Shown in pieces: positions 27,909 to 36,484 of a stretch of DNA of 64,000 nt (positions are counted from its first letter, which is position 1; the number at the start of each line of letters is the position of its first letter). A model generated the notes under the pieces. The model was given only the letters and a program-made list of their open reading frames with translations. It did no database searches and had not been told where the DNA came from. The position numbers were made by a program, and so were the translations under genes. The stretch covers positions 416,839 through 480,838 of IMG/VR virus record IMGVR_UViG_3300028558_000791, one strand, 5' to 3'.

Positions 27909-28262
27909 ATGAAGTTCTCGAAGGGCCGTACGTACAACACACACGACACCAGCGTGGAAAAAGGACCGGACGGTCGCATCGCCATCAACCAGGAACGAGG
28001 CGTCAAGTCTCGTTGTGACCTGGTGCTCCACGCTCTGCTTCGCTTCGGCCCCAAGGGAGCCACTGCGGACATCACTGCCGACCATCTCAATCGGCGTCTC
28101 AAGGCGAACTACACCCCCAGTGACATTCGGACGGCTCTGAACCGTCTGGTCAACGAGGGCGTCATCCGTGTCAACCGTGGTGGTCGTGGTGAGCACACCA
28201 TCTACCGTGCCACCAAGAGCGCCGAGGCTCACTGGCGGCGCATCCCGAAGGACGTTCTCTAA
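27909..28262 (+). CDS. Winged-helix DNA-binding protein
   Basis: TPSDIRTALNRLVNEGVIRV...IYRA recognition helix plus wing. Confidence 0.7.
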   Translation: MKFSKGRTYNTHDTSVEKGPDGRIAINQERGVKSRCDLVLHALLRFGPKGATADITADHLNRRLKANYTPSDIRTALNRLVNEGVIRVNRGGRGEHTIYRATKSAEAHWRRIPKDVL

Positions 28263-28455
28263 AGAACTTACGGAGTTTCCGATAAAGGCTCTCCATAAAA
28301 AGCCTCATCAACATGGTTATGTGTTATGAAGACCCCTGACTCAACAAACCCGACTAGTAGTGGTTGAGAGTAGCGGCCATCACCTAAACACTTCCTACGC
28401 CCATGATGGTAATTGGGCTTCATTCCTCATGCCAACGAAAGAAGGATCGTTCGAC

Positions 28456-28992
28456 ATGGCTTTGCAAGTTCTCGTAACGTTTCCAGGAACCATGACTCTC
28501 GGTGCATTCGAGGATCGTGTCAAGCTCCTGAAGAAGATGGGTTGCGCTATCCATCTTGGAACCGACCTGGCTCAACCTCTTGGTGAGATGAAGATCGCCA
28601 ACGTCTTCAAAACCAAGAAGACCACAAGCGATGTGATGACCGAGGAGCTTTCGCCCCAGGAGATCAGTCTCTTGGACCAGGGACTCCAGGCCATCTATGA
28701 CAGTAAGTCCTCTCCACTGCTGGATGCAATGGAGATGTCTGGCTCACTGCGTACCAGGCCCAACATGACCCAGGAAATCAAGAAGTTCTTCAAGGAGAAT
28801 CCTGGTCAAAGTTCCAATGTGGCGGCGGCAGCGCTAGCCAACAAGTTCGAGGCGAACTATCGGGACATCAACGATGCTTACAAGCGAATCAAATCGCTTA
28901 TCAGCTCCATGTCTTCTCCCAATAGTCCCCAGCATGCGCTCGATAAGCGTGGTGGATGGGGTGCACAAGCTCAAATCTTCCTCCTCGCTTGA
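28456..28992 (+). CDS. Hypothetical protein, possible C-terminal winged helix
   Basis: AAGGA RBS; helical C-terminal domain ending KRGGWG. Confidence 0.7.
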   Translation: MALQVLVTFPGTMTLGAFEDRVKLLKKMGCAIHLGTDLAQPLGEMKIANVFKTKKTTSDVMTEELSPQEISLLDQGLQAIYDSKSSPLLDAMEMSGSLRTRPNMTQEIKKFFKENPGQSSNVAAAALANKFEANYRDINDAYKRIKSLISSMSSPNSPQHALDKRGGWGAQAQIFLLA

Positions 28993-29578
28993 GTAATAAA
29001 GTCCCATAAGGGATAAGGAAGGTCTATAGTGTTCATGGTTCGGCAACAAGGAAAAGTGATTGGGTCATTCGACCTATTCGTCGATGCCTGGTTGTACGTG
29101 TACCTAGAATGCGAATGCTTCGCGCTCATCTTGGAGCGGGGTTCCAATGCAGTTTGGATAATCAATCCTGCATACATCACTTCTCACCCCATAAACTAAA
29201 CAAACTTAGCTGTTACTGTAGTCACCGGGTATGAATAGCAAATTCCGTTGACACTGGAACGGCTCCCATTCACGGCCCGCCGAACGGCGGAACCGCGAAA
29301 CGCAACGTAAGTAACATAAACGGGGCAGACCTGAGCCCCATTGAATGACGGAGCTAAACTCTCTTACTTAGCAGTCTTGATAGAGCGGATAATCCGAGTT
29401 ACATACTGACTGCTTCGTCATAGAGCGGATGCAACGGCAAACGATGCCGGCTCCTAACCTGTCTCGTCATCAGGACGAGACGCAACTTCTCTTAGTTCGT
29501 CGCTACAAGCTAATAGCTTCCCGGTTACCGGGGCTAGGATAGTGAGTAGTATGTCTCGTCAAAAAGGATTCACACATC

Positions 29579-29995
29579 ATGTCCAATCTCTCTATCACGG
29601 TCGATCTCGTCACCACGGACGGAGCCATCGACATCGATGCTTCGGCCCAGGCGTTCCGCACGGCGGCTCTCAAGCGCCAGGCGGAGCTGGAAACGGAGGG
29701 CGCGGAGATCGCTCTCGCTTGCAGCGAGCTGTTCGACCAGTACCGCGGCAAGGCCATCCCGATGCCGACCGTCGGCAGCATGGTGGCGCAGAAGCTCAAT
29801 GCGCAGCCCGAGAACTTCAAGGTCCTCAGCGACCGTGTTCTCGACTACGTTCGAGCCAACTCGCAGACCACGGGGTCGGAGGAGGACGGCAACCTGGAGC
29901 AGCACCCGGATTCGCTGTTCGTCATCGGCAAGGGCAAGGGCGGCGGTTGCAGCCGTCGTGCTGACGTGCCGGCCAAGCCCGCCAAGAAGGCGTGA
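29579..29995 (+). CDS. Winged-helix-like paralogue with long structured leader
   Basis: LVTTDG, SELFDQY, IPM, SMVAQK, GKGKGGG; very strong codon bias. Confidence 0.8.
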   Translation: MSNLSITVDLVTTDGAIDIDASAQAFRTAALKRQAELETEGAEIALACSELFDQYRGKAIPMPTVGSMVAQKLNAQPENFKVLSDRVLDYVRANSQTTGSEEDGNLEQHPDSLFVIGKGKGGGCSRRADVPAKPAKKA

Positions 29996-30052
29996 GGCCG
30001 AGGTGAACAGGAGCTAATCTCAATCGTCGAGGCTAGCTCCCATTCACCAACA

Positions 30053-30087
30053 AGCTACGAGTGAGATTACCTATCAATCTCGTAGCT
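30053..30087 (+). promoter_or_regulatory. Conserved leader hairpin (second copy at 32743-32772)
   Basis: AGCTAC-GAGT-GAGATT-ACCTATC-AATCTC-GTAGCT. Confidence 0.6.
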
Positions 30088-30123
30088 CCAATGACTTCCA
30101 ACTCAACCGCCACGGAGATTTTC

Positions 30124-32208
30124 ATGACTCTCAACGCCACCAACATCCTTCTTCGTCACAACCTCATCGACATCACTCCGACCTCGGGTGAGGATATCCA
30201 GCTTGCTGGTGACGAAGCGCGGGCTACCGTGCTGATGAATCTCGCCTACTACGGCAGGGGACTCAGTACGGAAGGTTACAAGGCGTTCCTCCAGCTTGGC
30301 AAGGGATCCATCGTCGACTTCTGGGCTCGCATCGAACCCGAGTTGAAAGACATTACGGGAGCCGATCGTAAGATGGGCGACTTCGTTGTCTACAAGAACT
30401 TCCCCAAGGAGGTTCTCGACAAGGACGCAGCGGCCTACTGGATTCCCCAGCTCCTCATGTACTGGGGATTCCCCAAGGACTACTTCACTGACCCGGTTGT
30501 TGCTCGTCCCAAGATGGATAAGCAGCCTGCCGTCACGGTTCTCAAGCTGTCCAAGAAGGATACGCTCAAGAGCATCCTCGATTCTCACGTGCAGTCTCCT
30601 GCTCGTTGGAAGGATCAGGAGTTTCAGGAAGTGGTTTTCCTTTCGGAAACCCTGCCTGTCAACTTCGCCAAGCTGGTGTTCAAGGAGAACCTCGTCAAGC
30701 TGGCGACTCACTTCATGACCAGTGGCCGCAAGGTCAACATCACCACGGCAACCGACGTTCTTCGTCTGGCTGCTGGCCTGAGTGATGGTGACGTGTCGCT
30801 CCGAACCAAGTTCAAGTTCAAGTCTTTCAAGAAGCCGATGCGTCGGTTCCTCCTTTCCATCCTGGAAGGGTGTGCCAACTTGGAAGAGGACGTGGCACGC
30901 CGACCGGAACTGTTCAAGCGCCTGTTGCACAACCTGCATGCAGGTGACTTCAAGCGTTCCTACCCCCGAGTCATCAAGGTGGCCGATGATCTCTACAAGG
31001 ATCGTCTCGTCACTTTCAATGGCAAGGTGGAGAGCATGCTTCTCGCCAAGAACTCCGAGGTTCTCGACGTGCTCTCGACTCGCCCTGGTGACTTCCGAAG
31101 GCGCCTGGTTCACACCTTGGACCTTTTCGGCAAGCAAGCAGCCCAGGCTTTCACGTCTGCTGACGTGTTGAGCAAGTTGACGGTCAATCAGCTCGTTGCA
31201 ACCCGTTCCTTTCTGGGAATGGCCAACGAGAGGAAGGCTCGCATCTTCCCGCCCAAGGGGAATTGGAGTCTTGCCAAGTTTGGTGAGCCCAGGCCGGTCA
31301 CCAAGTCCAGTCTAAAGATCATCGACAAGGCTCTTGCTGCTGCTCTTCGTGAGCGAGTGCCTGCTGTTGGTGTGCTCGACCCTGCCACCAGCAAGGTCAA
31401 GTTGCCGAACAACGGTGAGGAGGGACCGTACACTCGTGGTACTGTCTTCCCGATTCCGGAAGGAACGGACTTCATCCGTACGGCTTCCTACTGGAACGTC
31501 AACGCCAAGGGCTACACCTGGTTCGACAATGGCTGGAACTTCTTCAGCGATGATTGGAAGCCGGTGGGCGCTTGCTGTTGGAGCAGCCCCAAGTTCCCCG
31601 GTCATCGTTGGGACATGAAGGCCAACGACCAGAACACTGGAGCGGTCTTCTCTGGAGACCCGACCATTGCCAAGGGCAAGGCGTGTCAGATGATCGACCT
31701 GTATCCCGAGCAGCTTCGTGCTGCTGGTGTCAGGTACGCTGTCTGGAGCGTTCTCTGCTACTCGGGAATGACCTTCAACGATGCAGAGGAAGTCTTCGCT
31801 GCATTCCAGTGGGGCAAGGATGCCAATAAGGGTAGGCTTTTCGAGCCGGCCCGTTGTCAGCTTGCCATCCCTCTCAAGGGTCAGCAGTTGACCAAGTACG
31901 TCGTTCTCATCGACCTCGATAAGAACGAGATGATCTATCTGGATGCAGGACTCAAGAGCAGCGTTCGTAGCGCTGAGTCGAATGGTCCTCTTCTCCAGAA
32001 GAATCTTCCGGCCTTCATGGAATACATCAAGGCACTTCCCTCTGTCCATGACCTCTTCCGAGAGTCTGTGGATGCAGGTAGCAACACTAAGATCCTCTAC
32101 TCCGATAAGGATGCGAGCCTTCGAGGTGAGTCTGCCTACGTCTTCAAGCAGGAGAACAAGGACAGCAAGTACAAGTCGGTGGACCTGAACGGTCTATTGG
32201 CGAAGTGA
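30124..32208 (+). CDS. ROT/TROVE-like helical repeat protein with C-terminal TerD-like domain (RING-less relative of the Prok-RING4-associated family)
   Basis: NLAYYG, YKNFP, TATDVLRLA..LSDGDVSL, RPGDFRRRL, then a beta-rich TerD-like part (SYW, FSGD, QMIDL, RYAVWSV.CYSG); GGAG RBS supports ATG 30124. Confidence 0.7.
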   Translation: MTLNATNILLRHNLIDITPTSGEDIQLAGDEARATVLMNLAYYGRGLSTEGYKAFLQLGKGSIVDFWARIEPELKDITGADRKMGDFVVYKNFPKEVLDKDAAAYWIPQLLMYWGFPKDYFTDPVVARPKMDKQPAVTVLKLSKKDTLKSILDSHVQSPARWKDQEFQEVVFLSETLPVNFAKLVFKENLVKLATHFMTSGRKVNITTATDVLRLAAGLSDGDVSLRTKFKFKSFKKPMRRFLLSILEGCANLEEDVARRPELFKRLLHNLHAGDFKRSYPRVIKVADDLYKDRLVTFNGKVESMLLAKNSEVLDVLSTRPGDFRRRLVHTLDLFGKQAAQAFTSADVLSKLTVNQLVATRSFLGMANERKARIFPPKGNWSLAKFGEPRPVTKSSLKIIDKALAAALRERVPAVGVLDPATSKVKLPNNGEEGPYTRGTVFPIPEGTDFIRTASYWNVNAKGYTWFDNGWNFFSDDWKPVGACCWSSPKFPGHRWDMKANDQNTGAVFSGDPTIAKGKACQMIDLYPEQLRAAGVRYAVWSVLCYSGMTFNDAEEVFAAFQWGKDANKGRLFEPARCQLAIPLKGQQLTKYVVLIDLDKNEMIYLDAGLKSSVRSAESNGPLLQKNLPAFMEYIKALPSVHDLFRESVDAGSNTKILYSDKDASLRGESAYVFKQENKDSKYKSVDLNGLLAK

Positions 32209-32352
32209 ATGAGCAGCAATACTGGAAGGCTAGGACATACTTGTCCTTCCAGTACGCTAAAACTCCTGTCAAAGACAGGAACAACAAACCACCAACTCCT
32301 TCCGAGTGCCTCTTGTATGAGATGGTATTCGAGTATCAACGGGGAGTTGAAA

Positions 32353-32736
32353 AGTTAGTCGGGCCATGAAGATCCTTCCTTCTACAAAAAAATGGAAAAA
32401 CAGGGTCTACGCTTTCCCGACGCTAACTACCTTCTAGGAATGCTAGCCAGTGTAAGGCTTTCCCTTGGTCCACCTATAAGCGACATGATGCATAGGCGTG
32501 TCGGGGAACCTAGCTAGAAGGTACAATGTCATGGGCTATAAGGAGTCTTCCTTCTACTCACAGGCCAAAAGCCTGTATCAAAAATAGACTCCTTGCTTTC
32601 CCATACTGATGAGCCATGAGAATCCTTCCTTCTAAAAACGGATAAAACAGGGTTCTTGCCTACTCATCATTGACGAGCCATGTAAGGTCTTCCTTCTAAT
32701 ACATGCTAAATAAAACAGACCTTACGCCTTCTCGTC
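32353..32736 (+). ncRNA. Tandem array of at least four covarying structured RNA units
   Basis: Units 32358-32421, 32531-32604, 32607-32669, 32672-32736: stem-GC(C/T)AT-9 bp stem-TCCTTCTA-A-rich loop-stem'-GC-pyrimidine bulge-stem'. Confidence 0.8.
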
Positions 32737-32742
32737 TCTAGT

Positions 32743-32772
32743 CCTGAGTGAGATTACTTATCAATCTCAGGG
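32743..32772 (+). repeat. Second copy of the 30053 hairpin with a different outer stem
   Basis: CCT-GAGT-GAGATT-ACTTATC-AATCTC-AGG. Confidence 0.7.
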
Positions 32773-32852
32773 CACCGGCGCCACGAACACAAGTAAGTCC
32801 TTTCCTTCCAGGCAATGTAGTTTGATGGCGCCTCTAATTGTAATAGAGGAAT

Positions 32853-33116
32853 ATGGAACACATCGAAGACCCTCCTCCTTGTCGTCATTGCGGGCGCTGT
32901 GTTTTCTGTGGTCCTCCATGCTGTGATGGTATGGCTGCTGACCAAGAAGCTTGGTACAAATCTCCAGAGTATCTGGAATTAGTTCGCAAGCAAAAGGAAG
33001 AGAGCATACGTGCCAAGGCAGAAAGAAAAGCTGCCAAGAAATTGAGGCGAGCCAAGCAGCTTGCCGAACGAAACGGCCCTCCCATTCACGGCAACCCGCA
33101 ACCACAAGAAAAATGA
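32853..33116 (+). CDS. Cys-rich basic hypothetical protein
   Basis: CRHCGRCVFCGPPCC; GAGG RBS. Confidence 0.6.
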   Translation: MEHIEDPPPCRHCGRCVFCGPPCCDGMAADQEAWYKSPEYLELVRKQKEESIRAKAERKAAKKLRRAKQLAERNGPPIHGNPQPQEK

Positions 33117-33709
33117 ACAAGCCCTACATCCAACTGAATCAGGACTTTCCCGGAATCGTCAGCCTCTTCATGTACGACAAGGAGACGGCCAAGAACATCT
33201 CTGCATTGGCAGAGACTATCATGCGGCGGGCTCGGCCTCAGGGTCTTTCGGTTGGTCAACGAGAGCTGATTGCTTCGTTCGTCAGCAAGGTGAACGAGTG
33301 CAACTTCTGCTGCGACTCCCATTCAGCGTGCACCGCCGAGTATCTCGGGCAGGACGTGGTGGATGAGGTGATTCGCAATCAGAACGCGGAGTATCTTCCG
33401 CCCCGGATGCAGTCACTTCTCAGTGTGGCGGCATGCGTAGCACTGTTGGATCGTGAGCAGCTCTCGAAACAGATCGCCATTGCCAAAGAGCAAGGGGCGA
33501 ATGACGAGGAGATTCACGATACGGTCCTGGTGGCTGCCATGTTCTGCATGTGCAATCGCTACGTGGATGGTCTCGGCACTACGTTCAAGGCTGGAGAGCC
33601 TGAAGAGGGTGGTCGTGGTCTTGCCAAGTATGGGTACAACTTCGGTATCCGACGCTTCTTCGGTGAAGTCTTTCCGAAGATGTGGTCCAAGTTTTGGAAT
33701 AGACCATGA
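33113..33709 (+). CDS. AhpD/carboxymuconolactone decarboxylase-family protein
   Basis: RELIASFVSKVNECNFCCDSH. Confidence 0.85.
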   Translation: MNKPYIQLNQDFPGIVSLFMYDKETAKNISALAETIMRRARPQGLSVGQRELIASFVSKVNECNFCCDSHSACTAEYLGQDVVDEVIRNQNAEYLPPRMQSLLSVAACVALLDREQLSKQIAIAKEQGANDEEIHDTVLVAAMFCMCNRYVDGLGTTFKAGEPEEGGRGLAKYGYNFGIRRFFGEVFPKMWSKFWNRP

Positions 33710-33886
33710 AATTCCTAATCACATTCAAAACTCCTGATGTAATCGAATATGCTGCCGATAACTATCCCGAAGAAAATCGGGAAGAAATCAGAGAAGCGGC
33801 TAAAAAGTTCGTTACGTATGGTGAATACATAACCGTCTTGTTCGACTCCCAAAAGAAAACAGCTACTGTCCTACCTTCTCGGTAGG
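33706..33886 (+). CDS. Small conserved phage protein
   Basis: MKFLITFKTPD...YGEYITVLFD; ATGA coupling. Confidence 0.55.
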
Positions 33887-33905
33887 CCACCAAAGAAGAT
33901 GAAAG

Positions 33906-34283
33906 ATGCCTAAGTTCCAGAAGCTTCTGACCATGAATCGTCAGGGCGAGTTCACGATTCTCACGACAGGGGATAGCCATTGTGGCACCTTGACCAACCA
34001 GTTCCTTCCGGTCAAGTATCACATGGTATGTGAATGCGAGAACGTTCTGGACAGTCGTGGCTTCCTGTTCGAGCAAGTCAACGTGGACAGGTTCTTCAAG
34101 AACCTGAAGCGGACGACTCTCTCGTGTGAGAGGCTGACAATCTCTTGCTGTAAGAAGCTGGTCACGCTCATCAAGAAGGACAACCCAGTGTGTCGAGTGC
34201 GAAGCATCAAGCTGACGCTCTCGCCTCATCCCTTCCAGGCAAGCATGACCTACTCAGTCGAACCCATTCTCCTGAACGCTTGA
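33906..34283 (+). CDS. Hypothetical protein, weak T-fold (QueD-like) resemblance
   Basis: HCG...YHMVCE...LDSRGFLFE...SCERL. Confidence 0.45.
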   Translation: MPKFQKLLTMNRQGEFTILTTGDSHCGTLTNQFLPVKYHMVCECENVLDSRGFLFEQVNVDRFFKNLKRTTLSCERLTISCCKKLVTLIKKDNPVCRVRSIKLTLSPHPFQASMTYSVEPILLNA

Positions 34284-34325
34284 AGAAGCGCAGGACCAAT
34301 CTTCCTAACCCCAACGAGGCATATC

Positions 34326-34661
34326 ATGGCTGACAATCGCAAGTACGAAAACAAGAACCGCAACGATCGCAATGGTCCCCGACAGGATCATCGCAACGAG
34401 CAGGTGGAGTTGGAGGAAGAGGACAAGTGGAATCCGACTCCCGAACAGTTCGCTGCTTACCAGGCCAATGACGCCAAGCTGGCCAGCAACAATCTCAAGT
34501 TGCTTCTCGCCGGGCGGAGCGGTCAGACGCTCAAGGACCTGAAAGACTCGGCGCTTCACACGTCGAGCACCATCGAAGCTCAGTTGAGCGAGTGGGTCAA
34601 GTCCGGCTTTGTGGTGGAAGTCAAGGGGCGCTACTCTTTGGCCTCTACTCAGGCTCGCTGA
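34326..34661 (+). CDS. Winged-helix protein
   Basis: TLKDL...STIEAQLSEWVKSGFVVEVKGRYSL. Confidence 0.7.
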   Translation: MADNRKYENKNRNDRNGPRQDHRNEQVELEEEDKWNPTPEQFAAYQANDAKLASNNLKLLLAGRSGQTLKDLKDSALHTSSTIEAQLSEWVKSGFVVEVKGRYSLASTQAR

Positions 34662-34933
34662 TGTTCCCGTCTCCGAAAGAGTTGGATGCCCAATCAGAAA
34701 TCCAAGTGGACGACTGGTTGGACATCGACTCGGAAAGATGGCGAGAGACGGATCCTGATCCTGGTCTAACCAAAAAATGGTTGGCCATGCTGATGAAGGA
34801 GCCTGCTTACCTCTTTACCGATTCAATGGGTAGAGTCTGGGGTAAAGGTGAGAACGGAAAATACTATCCGTATCACTACGACTACGGCAAGAAGCTGTAC
34901 GGCATTCGTATCTCTAAGAAGGCGGCCAACTAA
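34661..34933 (+). CDS. Hypothetical protein
   Basis: TGATG coupling. Confidence 0.6.
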   Translation: MFPSPKELDAQSEIQVDDWLDIDSERWRETDPDPGLTKKWLAMLMKEPAYLFTDSMGRVWGKGENGKYYPYHYDYGKKLYGIRISKKAAN

Positions 34934-34966
34934 GCTCCCATTCACGGAGCATCGAGGAGCACGGTC

Positions 34967-35683
34967 ATGGAACGCGAAAACATCATCGACAAAATCCGCA
35001 AACTCCGTGCTCTGGCAGACAACGCTGCCGCCACTGTTGACGAAGCTGCGGCTGCTGCAAGGGCAGCCGAGCTTCTCATTCAGAAACATGCCTTGCAAGA
35101 GGCTGAGTTGGGAGCTGTCTCTCAGGAAGTCTTGGAAAGTATCATCGATGATGATACTCCTCTGACCGACTGGGCCAAACGACAGAAGGTTTGGCAGAAC
35201 GTTCTTCTCCATGCAATGGCAGAGAACTACAACTGCTCCAACGTGATGAAGCGTGTTGGTGGTATCTCTAACATCTACACCATCGGCCGAGCATCTGACA
35301 TCGCTGTTCTGCGATATCAGTTCGCTTACTTCGTGGTGGAGTTGACTCGTCTGGCTCATCTCCTCGCTCCGTCTGACCTCAAGCGAGGCAGTGGTAAGAC
35401 GTGGCACAACTCGTTCTATCATGGAGCGACGGATGCCATCATCGCTTCCATGAAGTCGGCCAAGAAGGAAGTCATCAAGGACGCATCCTCAACTGCATTG
35501 GTGTTCATCAGCGAACACATGCGCAAGGTGGAGGAACTCAAAGCTCAGAAGTATCCTTGGAGTCGAACCAGTCACTCTGCACGACGGTTGGATCCCGAGG
35601 CATACGAGATGGGCAAGATGGCTGGTGCAGGGCTTCAAGCAAAGCCCGCCTTGGCTCCAGGTGTTCGCGGTCTTCTCAAGTAA
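34967..35683 (+). CDS. DUF2786-domain phage protein
   Basis: IIDKIRKLRALA...EA.AA...A..L..KH. Confidence 0.8.
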   Translation: MERENIIDKIRKLRALADNAAATVDEAAAAARAAELLIQKHALQEAELGAVSQEVLESIIDDDTPLTDWAKRQKVWQNVLLHAMAENYNCSNVMKRVGGISNIYTIGRASDIAVLRYQFAYFVVELTRLAHLLAPSDLKRGSGKTWHNSFYHGATDAIIASMKSAKKEVIKDASSTALVFISEHMRKVEELKAQKYPWSRTSHSARRLDPEAYEMGKMAGAGLQAKPALAPGVRGLLK

Positions 35684-35694
35684 AGGAAAAGAAA

Positions 35695-36243
35695 ATGGCT
35701 AAGCAATTCATGGTTCCTCTTTATCACCTGGAACTGGTGCGTGAGAGGGACATTCCCTACCGCTCTGTCGTCAAGAAAGAGGCGGCGGTGGAAGTGTTTC
35801 ATGAGATGCTAGACTCGGCTCATGTCGAGAAGTTGGCAATGATTCACTGCAACTCCGGTCTCGATATGATTGGAGCAGAGATTGTGGCCATGGGCAGCCT
35901 GGAAATGGTTGGCACCACCATGAGCGAACTGTTCAAGGGAGCACTGCGTAGCAATGCTGCTGCGGTGTACCTGTCTCACAATCATGTGGATGGTCGGGTG
36001 AAGGCTTCTCTGCCCGATTACAAGTTCACGTTGCGTGCTCTCCAGGCTGCTCAGATTCTGGAGATTCCGCTCATCGACCACATCGTGGTTGGTCCTGGGG
36101 CACACTACTCCATCATCGAGCACCAATACGAATTGGAGAATGACTTGCTTCGTTGGGAGCAGAAGCAGCGTCTCAAGATGCTGAAGGGAATGATTCCCGT
36201 GCCCCATGGAACCAAGGGTCTCAAGGGTTTGTTCGGAGGATAA
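35695..36243 (+). CDS. radC: RadC-like JAB-domain protein
   Basis: E...ELFKGAL..NAAAVYLSHNHVDG...S..D...IPLIDHIVVG. Confidence 0.85.
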   Translation: MAKQFMVPLYHLELVRERDIPYRSVVKKEAAVEVFHEMLDSAHVEKLAMIHCNSGLDMIGAEIVAMGSLEMVGTTMSELFKGALRSNAAAVYLSHNHVDGRVKASLPDYKFTLRALQAAQILEIPLIDHIVVGPGAHYSIIEHQYELENDLLRWEQKQRLKMLKGMIPVPHGTKGLKGLFGG

Positions 36244-36253
36244 AAGGAATACC

Positions 36254-36478
36254 ATGTCTAGTCGAGAGGTCACTGTCAAACTGGGAGGGTCGGGAGTTAG
36301 CTTCACGGCTCTCTTGGGCCTTCTCTTCATCGGGCTCAAGCTGGCTGGAGTCATTACCTGGTCTTGGTTCTGGGTTCTCTGCCCGTTCTGGATTGGGCTG
36401 GCGATCTTCAGCGTCTTCGTGTTGATCGCTCTCATCTGCTTTGTGGTCGGAGCTATCATCCACATCTGTCTTCGATAG
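36254..36478 (+). CDS. Small phage membrane protein
   Basis: LLFIGLKLAGVITWSWFWVLCPFW. Confidence 0.8.
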   Translation: MSSREVTVKLGGSGVSFTALLGLLFIGLKLAGVITWSWFWVLCPFWIGLAIFSVFVLIALICFVVGAIIHICLR

Positions 36479-36484
36479 AGTGTC

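Noticed and set aside
29436-29530. Firm call of a c-di-GMP-I riboswitch
   Set aside because: Sequence blocks match, but the P2 stem and GNRA tetraloop/receptor geometry do not; kept only as a candidate leader.
32353-32736. Array as a CRISPR or simple tandem repeat
   Set aside because: Units conserve pairing rather than sequence, and there are no constant-length spacers.
3141-35000. Integron cassette array
   Set aside because: No attC-type inverted RYYYAAC/GTTRRRY structure and no tyrosine integrase recognised.
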